From assembly GCA_052386995.1 (NCBI GenBank), contig JBQTJP010000281.1:1-20849 (forward strand): a DNA stretch of 20,849 bases, in the 5' to 3' direction. Under the pieces are notes generated by a model. That model worked only from the letters and a program-made list of their open reading frames with translations. It was not told the origin of the DNA and did no database searches. This document shows, one piece after another, positions 1 through 7,558 of the stretch. Origin of the DNA: Armatimonadota bacterium. Lineage in GTDB: Bacteria; Sysuimicrobiota; Sysuimicrobiia; Sysuimicrobiales; Humicultoraceae. Both the position numbers and the translations under genes were made by a program. Position 1 is the stretch's first letter; each line of letters opens with the position of its first letter.

Positions 1-897
1 CGGTGAGTTGCTGGGTGTGCAGGCCGGTCCGGCCACGGTGGGCCGCCGGGCGGACGTCGACAGGTGGGTTACGCAGCATGGCAGGGGCTCGGGCTGCGGG
101 CAAACCCGGTCATTGTGTTTGGGCCTGATGGCGGCGTCAAAGTCTTGCGGGATCGCACCGGCAGGCCGGTGCTGAATTTCAAAGCCCTTGAGGAGTATGT
201 ACACTACTTCGGCGGCTCTCTGGGAACGAAGAGACCCGACTTCAGCGTGGGGCCGACGCCACAGGTCCTGTCGTCGAACCCGCGCGACAAGCACTACCAG
301 TACTACTCGCCGCAGAGCTACGATGAGTGGCGAGATGTCGTCGGCCAATCCGTCAAGTACATCAAGGAGCACCTCCGCATGGAGGGCGCGACCTACTGGC
401 TCCAACACCTGGCGGGCGGTGAAGACTGCCGATCCCAAGGCGAAGGTGGGCGGCCCCGGCACAATCTCCCACGCCACGGCCATCAACAAAGCAAAGGGTT
501 GGGCGACGTGGGGATTCGATGAGTTCATCGCGGGGGTTGCCGGGTACAACGCGAGGAATCCCGGTAGCCCCGTGACCCTCGACAAGGTCACCTGGCAGGA
601 CTATGACTGGACGCGCAGTGGGCGGCTGTCGGACGGCGTGGCGCACGTGCGGCAGGTGCTGGCACGACATGGCTTTTCGTCCCGGTGCGCTCCCTGACGA
701 TGCGATTCCGAAACCTTCCGCTCCCATCGGGTGGCGCTGCCGTGACGGTTCGGAGGGTGGACGACAGGCATAGTGCGGCGTGCAGCGGACTGGAAAGGGG
801 AAGCGCCTCGCGGGTGCCGCTAACAACCGGCTCCACGGAGCTCGGGTTTCACCTTCCGGCGTACGGGACTCTTCAGGTGACCCTGCGCGCGAGGTAG
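1..897 (+). pseudogene. Fragmented glycoside hydrolase pseudogene (GH39/clan GH-A like, TIM barrel plus C-terminal beta-sandwich); 5' end lies outside the window
   Basis: Protein-like pieces in alternating frames: 64-399 (...PQSYDEWRDVVGQSVKYIKEHLRMEGATYW), 404-~684 (NTWRAVKTADPKAKVGGPG...LDKVTWQDY) and 685-897 (RFRNLPLPSGGAAVTVRRVDDRHS...FHLPAYGTLQVTLRAR*). AVKxADPxAKVGGP and LDxVTWxxY are typical clan-A barrel motifs. The WNEP and nucleophile segments are missing at the frame junctions. Confidence 0.6.
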
Positions 898-908
898 AGA
901 GCCCGCGC

Positions 909-1424
909 TCAGATTGGCTTGAATTGCTCGAAGGGCTCCCGGCAGTCCTCACAGTAGAAAATCATCCGGCACAGCGTCGACCCAAAAGTGTTCTTGAGTG
1001 TGACGTGAGCGCCCCCGCAGCGCGGGCACCGGGCGGTCTCTGACAGCATGACGGCGACGTCGCCGCCGTGCCTGGCCGGAGGCGCGAGACCGAACGCCGC
1101 CAGCTTGGCGCGCGCCTGATCGGTGATCCAGTCGCTGGTCCACGGCGGCGCGAGCACCATCTTGACTTCGACGCTGGCCGCGCCCAGGCGCTGTACTCGA
1201 CGCTCGATCTCTTCGCGCATGACGTCGAGCGCCGGGCATCCGGCGAACGTCGGCGTCATCGAGACCGTCACGCCGTCGGCGCGGACGTCGACGGCGCGCA
1301 CGATGCCCATGTCCACCACGGAGACCACCGGAATCTCGGGATCCATGACCTCGCGGAGGGCGTCCCAGACCGCTTCCGCCGTGATCCCTGGCTCTTTGCG
1401 CTCGTCCATGGCCCCCACTACCAT
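909..1424 (-). CDS. paaD: Phenylacetyl-CoA epoxidase subunit PaaD (FeS-assembly/DUF59 domain plus Cys-rich C-terminus)
   Basis: VWDALREVMDPEIPVVSVVDMGIVR, TPTFAGCPA, PPWTSDWIT, CPRCG...FGSTLCR..YCEDCREPFEQFKPI. The start is ATG 1424 (overlapping the paaC stop) or ATG 1409; the ORF-track extension to 1751 overlaps paaC. Confidence 0.93.
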   Translation of the reverse strand: MVVGAMDERKEPGITAEAVWDALREVMDPEIPVVSVVDMGIVRAVDVRADGVTVSMTPTFAGCPALDVMREEIERRVQRLGAASVEVKMVLAPPWTSDWITDQARAKLAAFGLAPPARHGGDVAVMLSETARCPRCGGAHVTLKNTFGSTLCRMIFYCEDCREPFEQFKPI

Positions 1425-2194
1425 ACCGCTTCGGGATCGAGCCGGGCGACCTTCTGCATCTCGTTCAGCAACTCGACCAGGGCGGGAGTGTGCTCCTCCC
1501 GGCGCGGCTGCCGCGGGGCGAGATCCGACGCGTCCGGCACGCGCAGCGTCGATGCGTCCAGGTGCGGCCGCACGACGGCGGCCCAGGCGTCTTTGACTTT
1601 GGCCGGCGCCGGCGCGTATCCGGCTTCGGCCAGCCCGCGGTCGCCAGCGTGGGGCGCAAAAAGCTGCGCGGTATAGGGCCACAGCGCATCCAGCGCATCC
1701 TGAATCCGCCGGCGGCTCTCGTCGGTGCCTAGCCCGAGCCGCTTGACCCACGCGCTGCTGTGCCGAAAGTGGTAGAGCTCTTCCTTGCGGATCTTTGCCG
1801 ATACGCCGGCGACGCCCTCGTGCCGGCTCTCGGCCAGTTGGGCCAGCGCGGCGAGCTCATAGGCGTCGAACAGGTACTGGCGCAGCATGGTGAAGGCCCA
1901 ATCGCCCTTCGGCAGCTCGACGAGTTGCACGTTACGCCACCCGCCGGCGTCCCGGAAGAACACGACCTGATCCGGGTCGCGGCCGGAGAGCTGCCCGTAC
2001 AGCCCGTACCACAGCCACGCGTGGCCCAGTTCGTCCTGCGCGATGTTTGCGAGGCCGATATCCTCTTCCAGGATCGGCGCGTGGCCCGTCCACTCCGAGT
2101 CACGGTGCGCGAGGATGAGCTCATCGTCCGCGAGAGCCAGCATCCGGTCGGCCAGCGCGCGCTCCAGCTCAGCCGTCGTGTGGATCGTCCTCAT
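1418..2194 (-). CDS. paaC: Phenylacetyl-CoA epoxidase subunit PaaC (ferritin-like)
   Basis: LADDELILAHRDSEWTGHAPILEEDIGLANIAQDELGHA, LVELPKGDWAFTMLRQYLFD, KEELYHFRHS..WVKRLGLGTDES, C-terminal LLNEMQKVARLDPEAVW; lies between paaB and paaD. Confidence 0.95.
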   Translation of the reverse strand: MRTIHTTAELERALADRMLALADDELILAHRDSEWTGHAPILEEDIGLANIAQDELGHAWLWYGLYGQLSGRDPDQVVFFRDAGGWRNVQLVELPKGDWAFTMLRQYLFDAYELAALAQLAESRHEGVAGVSAKIRKEELYHFRHSSAWVKRLGLGTDESRRRIQDALDALWPYTAQLFAPHAGDRGLAEAGYAPAPAKVKDAWAAVVRPHLDASTLRVPDASDLAPRQPRREEHTPALVELLNEMQKVARLDPEAVW

Positions 2195-2732
2195 CTCCCG
2201 GCGCGTCCTGCCGCCGGATCCCCGGGTCGCCGTAGCGCGCCTGCTGCTTGTAGGTCTTGTCGCGCGCAGGCGCAAACCAGCTTTCCTCCATGCCCGGCTC
2301 GCTACGCGTCACCGCGCCGGCCGGACACACCCACCAGACGAATACCTCCTGGGCGGGAAACCGCTCCATCGCCAGGCGCAGCGCCTCGCGCGGCGTGCGC
2401 GCCTGCACGTCTCCGGTATGGGCGACGAACGTCATCCCCCTGCGCTGCGTCGTTTTCTGGAAGATGTGATACGTTGCCGTCTCCGCGTCGGCCGTGGTCT
2501 CTTCTGCCTCCAAGCGATGATTCGCAGCCAGCTCTTCCGCGGTCATCGAGAAGATGGCTTCGATGGGCGCGACCCACAGGCTCGCGCAGTCCGGCCGGCG
2601 GACGTGCACGTCTCTGGCCGCAAGCAGCGCCATCTCGGCATCCGGGGCGTGGATGGTGCCGATGCTGCGGTGCGGCTGCCCGGGCGCTTCCTGCTTGAAG
2701 ACCTCGTAGCGGGGCCACTGGGTGTCGGACAT
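2169..2732 (-). CDS. paaB: Phenylacetyl-CoA epoxidase subunit PaaB, long form with two PaaB-like repeats (187 aa)
   Basis: WPRYEVF..., [22 protein letters not shown]...SLWV, C-terminal [14 protein letters not shown] 2732 lies 4 nt after the paaA stop. Confidence 0.9.
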   Translation of the reverse strand: MSDTQWPRYEVFKQEAPGQPHRSIGTIHAPDAEMALLAARDVHVRRPDCASLWVAPIEAIFSMTAEELAANHRLEAEETTADAETATYHIFQKTTQRRGMTFVAHTGDVQARTPREALRLAMERFPAQEVFVWWVCPAGAVTRSEPGMEESWFAPARDKTYKQQARYGDPGIRRQDAPGDEDDPHDG

Positions 2733-2736
2733 CGAG

Positions 2737-3663
2737 TTACTGCCGCTGCGCGTAGGCGGCCAGGGCCTCGCGGACCCACCGGCCGTCTTCGTGCGCCCGG
2801 CGGCGCGCCGCAAGCCGCTCGCGGTTCATCGGGCCGTTGCCACCCACGACCTGCCAGAAGTGATCCCAGTCGATGGGCCCGATCTTCCAGTTCCCGGTCG
2901 CCTCGTCGTGGCGCAGGTCTGGATCGGGGATGGTCAGGCCGGCGGCGAGCAGTTCCGGCGCCGTCTCGTCGATGAACTCCTGCCTCAGCTCGTCGTTCGT
3001 CCGCGTCTTGATGCCCCAGCGCACCAGGATCGGCGTGTTGGGCGAGTCCGCATCGTGCGGGCCGAACATCATGACCGTGGGCCACCACCAGCGGTCGAGC
3101 GCGTCCTGCACCATCTGTCGCTGCGCGGACGTGCCCCGCGCGTAGCGGACGACCATCTCCTTACCCTGCCGGTGGTGAAACGTCTCTTCCGCGCAGATGC
3201 GCGTCATAGCGCGCGCATACGGGCCGTAGGAGCATCGCGCCAGCATCATCTGGTTCTTGATCGCGGCGCCATCAACCAGCCAGCCGATCATGCCCACGTC
3301 GGCCCAGGTGAGGGCGGGATAGTTGAAGATGCTCGAGTACTTCGCTTTCCCCGTCAGCAGCGCGTCGAGCATCTCCTCGCGCGAGATCCCAAGCGTCTCC
3401 GCGGCGTGGTACAGGTACTGGCCGTGCCCGGCCTCGTCCTGGACCTTGGCGATCAGGACCATCTTGCGGCGCAGGTTGGGAGCGCTCGGAATCCAGGTGC
3501 CCTCCGGCAGCATCCCTACGATCTCGCTGTGGGCATGCTGCGAGATCATGCGGATCAACTGGCGGCGGTACTCCTCGGGCATCCAGTCGCCCGGCTCGAT
3601 CTTCTCCCCGGCTGCGATGCGCGCTTCGAAGTTGGCCAGATGGCGGTCGGGTCTGTCCTCCAT
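2737..3663 (-). CDS. paaA: Phenylacetyl-CoA epoxidase catalytic subunit PaaA (di-iron)
   Basis: [88 protein letters not shown] precedes ATG 3663. Confidence 0.97.
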   Translation of the reverse strand: MEDRPDRHLANFEARIAAGEKIEPGDWMPEEYRRQLIRMISQHAHSEIVGMLPEGTWIPSAPNLRRKMVLIAKVQDEAGHGQYLYHAAETLGISREEMLDALLTGKAKYSSIFNYPALTWADVGMIGWLVDGAAIKNQMMLARCSYGPYARAMTRICAEETFHHRQGKEMVVRYARGTSAQRQMVQDALDRWWWPTVMMFGPHDADSPNTPILVRWGIKTRTNDELRQEFIDETAPELLAAGLTIPDPDLRHDEATGNWKIGPIDWDHFWQVVGGNGPMNRERLAARRRAHEDGRWVREALAAYAQRQ

Positions 3664-3716
3664 CGCTACGCTCCTGACCGTGCGGTCCACCGGCGGTGCT
3701 GCCGCCTGCATCGCTC

Positions 3717-3761
3717 ATTTTACCGTGTCCACACGCCGTTGACGCGGTTTTCGCGTACAAT
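3717..3761. promoter_or_regulatory. Putative divergent promoter region: TAAAAT -10-like hexamer on the minus strand (3717-3722) and TACAAT on the plus strand (3756-3761), with inverted repeat ACGCG-N5-CGCGT (3742-3756)
   Basis: AT-rich hexamers in a GC-rich intergenic region between the divergent paaA and FAD oxidoreductase genes. No correctly spaced -35 was found (TTGACG at 3739-3744 is only 11 bp from TACAAT). Confidence 0.35.
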
Positions 3762-3969
3762 GGGCGACGAATGGCGCCCGACCGCCGCGGGTCGGGAAAC
3801 AAGGCCGCCGGCGGGCGCAGCCGCCCGACGGGGGCGGGGGAGGGAGAGGTGCAGCGTGAGGGGTGCTTGCGCCCAAACCTGGGCATCCTTCTCAACGAGA
3901 TGATCGCGAACGAGCCGACATCAACCGTATGAGTGGCCGGTCCGCGCGCGCTGATCGGGGCAGGGGTCT

Positions 3970-5361
3970 ATGCGGCTGAGATTTCTGGTGCTGCTGGTGG
4001 CAGTTGCTGCCGCCATTGTGGCCTTCCAGCCTGTTTTCCTGCGGTCCGATCGCCTGCCGGCGTCTCTTCCGGCTGACGTCCTGGTGACCGGCGGCAGTGC
4101 CGCCGGCGTTGCCGCCGCCGTCGCTGCGGCACGGCAGGGCATGATCGTGGTGCTCATTGAGTCCCGACCGTACCTCGGGACGGTGATGACCGGCGCAATG
4201 CTCAACATGGTGGACCTCAGCCGTGGGCAGGACAAGCAGCACCTGATCAGAGGCATCTTTCTCGAGTTCTACGATCAGATCGGCGGGATCACGTTCGATC
4301 CGATGCGCGTGCGCGGTCTCCTGCGCGCCAAGGTGGAGGCCGAGCCGGGCATCACGCTCCTCCTCAATACCGAGGTGGTGAAGCCGATCGTGGAGGACGC
4401 CCGCGTGCGCGGTGTGGTCGTCCGCACCCAGGGTGGGGACATGATCACCATACGCGCGACGGTCGCCGTCGACGCGACCGATGACGGCGATCTGGCCGCC
4501 GCCGCCGGCGTACCCTTCACCTACGGGCGGGAGACGTCACGCATCGACACCCGCACGATGGCGGCGACGCTGATGTTCCGCGTGGCCGATATCGACTGGC
4601 GTGCGATTACCCGCTACGCGTGGTCGCAGCGGATCGGCACGCTCCAGCCGAGCGGAGCCTACATGGGGTACGCGTGGGGATTCAAGACTGCGCTGGAAGG
4701 CTACCGGCCCGAGGATCCCCGCCTCTCCGCCCATGATTTGAACATCGGGAAAATTCCTGACGGGACGGTGTGGATCAACTCACTGCAGATCCATGATGTC
4801 GACGGGATCAGCCGGATGTCCAAGCAAGACGGATACGACCGCGCCGCGCGCGAAGTCCCGCGGCTGGTGGCGTACCTGCGTGAACACGTCGTCGGATTCT
4901 CCAATGCGCGGCTCGTTGAGCTCGCCCCGGAGCTGTACATTCGCGAGACGCGCCACCTCCGAGGACTCTACACACTGACGGCCAAGGACATTCAGACCCG
5001 CACGCGTTTCTGGGACCGGATCGGCGCCGCCTCGTATCCGGTCGATCTCCACCAATACAAGAAGGGCGAGCAGTATCCTTACAAGCCGGTGCGACGCGAG
5101 TACACGATCCCGCTGCGGGCCCTTGTCACCGCCCGGATCGATGGACTCTTTGTCGCGAGCCGCGCGTTCTCGGCGACCTACCAGGCCGCCGGCTCCGCCC
5201 GCGTCATCCCGACGACCATGGCAATGGGCGAAGGCGTGGGCATCGCGGCCGCGGTGGCCGTGCAGCGCGGCGTCACTCCGCATCAACTCGCCGGACGCCG
5301 GGACCTGATCGTGGAGGTGCAGGAGCGACTGGTCCGCGCCGGCGCCCTGATCGAGTACTAA
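3970..5361 (+). CDS. FAD-dependent oxidoreductase (FAD_oxidored-like family) with N-terminal signal peptide or membrane anchor
   Basis: DVLVTGGSAAGVAAAVAAARQG..VVLIE dinucleotide-binding motif, VDATDDGDLAAAAGVPF, APELYIRETRH, YPVDLH, YTIPLRAL, GSARVIPTTMAMGEGVGIAAA; hydrophobic N-terminus MRLRFLVLLVAVAAAIVAF. Confidence 0.9.
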   Translation: MRLRFLVLLVAVAAAIVAFQPVFLRSDRLPASLPADVLVTGGSAAGVAAAVAAARQGMIVVLIESRPYLGTVMTGAMLNMVDLSRGQDKQHLIRGIFLEFYDQIGGITFDPMRVRGLLRAKVEAEPGITLLLNTEVVKPIVEDARVRGVVVRTQGGDMITIRATVAVDATDDGDLAAAAGVPFTYGRETSRIDTRTMAATLMFRVADIDWRAITRYAWSQRIGTLQPSGAYMGYAWGFKTALEGYRPEDPRLSAHDLNIGKIPDGTVWINSLQIHDVDGISRMSKQDGYDRAAREVPRLVAYLREHVVGFSNARLVELAPELYIRETRHLRGLYTLTAKDIQTRTRFWDRIGAASYPVDLHQYKKGEQYPYKPVRREYTIPLRALVTARIDGLFVASRAFSATYQAAGSARVIPTTMAMGEGVGIAAAVAVQRGVTPHQLAGRRDLIVEVQERLVRAGALIEY

Positions 5362-5378
5362 CGTAGGGGGACCGCCCC

Positions 5379-6194
5379 ATGGCTCTCCCTGAGGCGCTGA
5401 CGCTGGTGTACCACGCCACCGAGCCATCCCCGCGCGAGATTCCGCTGGGCGACGTCTACCGATCACTCGCACGCGACGGCTCTTCCGATCGTCCGTACAT
5501 CATCCTCAACATGGTCCAGACGCTCGACGGCGCGGTGGCCGTCGACGGGAAGGCCTGGACGCTCGGCTCGGAGGTAGACCACTACCTCTTCCGCACGCTG
5601 CGCGGGTGGGCCGACGCGGTGCTCAGCGGAGCGGGGACGCTGCGGCTCAACGACGTTGTGGCCACGACGCATCCGCATCTGCAGGCCGAGCGCGCCGCCG
5701 CCGGCCGCCCAGCCAATCCCGCGGCGGTTGTCGTCTCGGGCCTTGCGAAGTTCGATGAGGCGACGCTCGGCAAGCGGTTCTTCACGCGCCGCGACCTCGT
5801 CTCGATCGTGGTGACCACCGACCTGGCCCGACCGAGCGACCGGCGCCGCGCCGAGGACGCCGGCGCGGAGGTCCTCGTGGTTCCGGCAACGGCCACCGGC
5901 GAGGTGGATCTGACCGCGGCCGTTCGGCTGCTCGGTGCGCGCGGGATGACGCGCATTCTGGCAGAGGGCGGTCCGGCCACGAACCGCCGTCTGGCGGACA
6001 CCGCGCTCCTCGATGAATTGTTCCTGACCGTCACTCCGCGCCTGGCGGGCGTGCCGGATCCCACGCGAATCGTGACCGGGCCCCTGGGGGGCGCGCGGGT
6101 AGACTTGAGGGTAGTCAGCGAGTTTCAGTATCGCGCGCCGCAGCCTCTCGAGTGGTACCTGCGCTTTGCGGTGTCTCCCACAACGAGCGCCTGA
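5379..6194 (+). CDS. RibD C-terminal domain / dihydrofolate-reductase-fold protein (stand-alone pyrimidine reductase family)
   Basis: PYIILNMVQTLDGAVA, D..LF..LR..ADAVLSGAGTLR, RILAEGGP, LLDELFLTVTPRLAG; no deaminase domain. Confidence 0.88.
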   Translation: MALPEALTLVYHATEPSPREIPLGDVYRSLARDGSSDRPYIILNMVQTLDGAVAVDGKAWTLGSEVDHYLFRTLRGWADAVLSGAGTLRLNDVVATTHPHLQAERAAAGRPANPAAVVVSGLAKFDEATLGKRFFTRRDLVSIVVTTDLARPSDRRRAEDAGAEVLVVPATATGEVDLTAAVRLLGARGMTRILAEGGPATNRRLADTALLDELFLTVTPRLAGVPDPTRIVTGPLGGARVDLRVVSEFQYRAPQPLEWYLRFAVSPTTSA

Positions 6195-6205
6195 GGAGGC
6201 GAAGC

Positions 6206-6811
6206 ATGCGTGTCCCACCTCTGGAGACGGAGCGGCTCGTCGTCAGGCCTTTCGTCCCGCACGACCTCGAAGACATCCACCGGATTCTCGACATGGAGCT
6301 GGGCGACGTCGATGTGGGCGAATCTGGACCGAAGGGACTCGACCAACGCCGGCGATGGCTCGAGTGGACGATCCTGGGCTATGAACAATTCGCCAGACTT
6401 CATCAGCCGCCGTACGGCGATCGTGCGATCTCTCTCAAGGAAACGCAACGAATGGTCGGCGCGTGCGGATTCGTCCCCTGCCTGAATGCCTTCGAGCAGC
6501 TGCCTTCGCTTGGCGCAGGCCCCGCACACGGGCCGCTCGGTCGGACCTCCACGGAGTTTGGCCTGTTCTATGCGCTGTCTCCCGCTCACCGGCGACGGGG
6601 GTATGCGACCGACGCCGCCAGAGTGATGATCGACTACGCGTTCACCCACCTGTCGCTCAAGCGCATCGTGGCCACCACGACGCGCGACAACGCGGCGTCC
6701 ATTGCCGTGATGCGCAGGGTTGGCATGCGGATCGAAGAGAATCCGTATGCCGAGCCTCCGTGGCTGCAGGTCATCGGCATTCTCGAGCACCCACCGGGCG
6801 GAGCGGCGTAA
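6206..6811 (+). CDS. GNAT N-acetyltransferase, RimJ/RimL-like
   Basis: LETERLVVRPF, EFGLFYALSPAHRRRGYATDAA, LKRIVATT..DNAASIAVMRRVGM; AGGAGG RBS before ATG 6206. Confidence 0.9.
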   Translation: MRVPPLETERLVVRPFVPHDLEDIHRILDMELGDVDVGESGPKGLDQRRRWLEWTILGYEQFARLHQPPYGDRAISLKETQRMVGACGFVPCLNAFEQLPSLGAGPAHGPLGRTSTEFGLFYALSPAHRRRGYATDAARVMIDYAFTHLSLKRIVATTTRDNAASIAVMRRVGMRIEENPYAEPPWLQVIGILEHPPGGAA

Positions 6812-6846
6812 GGGATCCGCGGCGGATTCCTGCTTCGGGAGGACAT

Positions 6847-7530
6847 ATGACCGAGATCCCGGCCGGGTGGAGATCTCTGCTGGCCGAGGAGACGTCAAAG
6901 CCGTACTATGAGGCGCTTCACAAATTCCTGGCCCGCGAGCGGAAGCGGCGCGCCGTGTTTCCGCCCGAAGGGGATGTCTTCGCTGCGCTCGCGTTGACAC
7001 CGTTCAAGCGTGTGAAGGTCGTGCTCTTGGGTCAGGATCCGTATCACCGAGAAGGACAGGCGCACGGACTGTGCTTCTCCGTCAGACCAGGAGTGGCGCC
7101 GCCGCGCTCACTCGTGAACATCCTCAAGGAGCTGGAGCGCGACCTGGGGATGTCGCCTCCCAACAACGGATATCTGGCGTCGTGGGCCAGGCAAGGCGTC
7201 CTGATGCTCAACGCCGTCCTCACGGTGCGCGCGGGCGAGCCCGGCTCGCACCGTGGTAAGGGATGGGAGACGTTCACCGACGCCATTATCCGGCGGGTCA
7301 GCGCTAGGGACGATCCGGCCGTCTTCGCCCTCTGGGGACGCGAGGCCCGCAGGAAGGCCGAGAAAGCGGGGTTGATCGACGTAAGCCGGAACGCCATCGT
7401 GCTGGCTCCGCATCCTTCGCCCGCATCGGCGCGGAACGGGTTTCTGGGCAGCCGGCCCTTTTCCCGGATCAACAAAGCCCTGCGTGAGCTCGGCCGACCC
7501 GAGATCGACTGGAGAATTCCAGATTTGTGA
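6847..7530 (+). CDS. ung: Uracil-DNA glycosylase, family 1
   Basis: VKVVLLGQDPYH, QAHGLCFSV, PRSLVNI, WARQGVLMLNAVLTV, SHRGKGWETFTD, HPSP, PIDW-like end (PEIDW); GGAGG RBS before ATG 6847. Confidence 0.96.
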   Translation: MTEIPAGWRSLLAEETSKPYYEALHKFLARERKRRAVFPPEGDVFAALALTPFKRVKVVLLGQDPYHREGQAHGLCFSVRPGVAPPRSLVNILKELERDLGMSPPNNGYLASWARQGVLMLNAVLTVRAGEPGSHRGKGWETFTDAIIRRVSARDDPAVFALWGREARRKAEKAGLIDVSRNAIVLAPHPSPASARNGFLGSRPFSRINKALRELGRPEIDWRIPDL

Positions 7531-7558
7531 GGTGACGACACAGCAGGGAGGGAGCCAA

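Noticed and set aside
3739..3761. TTGACG...TACAAT as a complete sigma70 promoter
   Set aside because: The spacer is only 11 bp, incompatible with the 16-18 bp requirement.
3876..3905. GILLNEM resemblance to the gamma-glutamyltranspeptidase GILLNNEM motif
   Set aside because: Too short, with no flanking similarity.
3970..5361. FAD oxidoreductase as the missing PaaE substitute
   Set aside because: Different family, no 2Fe-2S cysteine motif, and it carries a signal or anchor; only proximity supports the idea.
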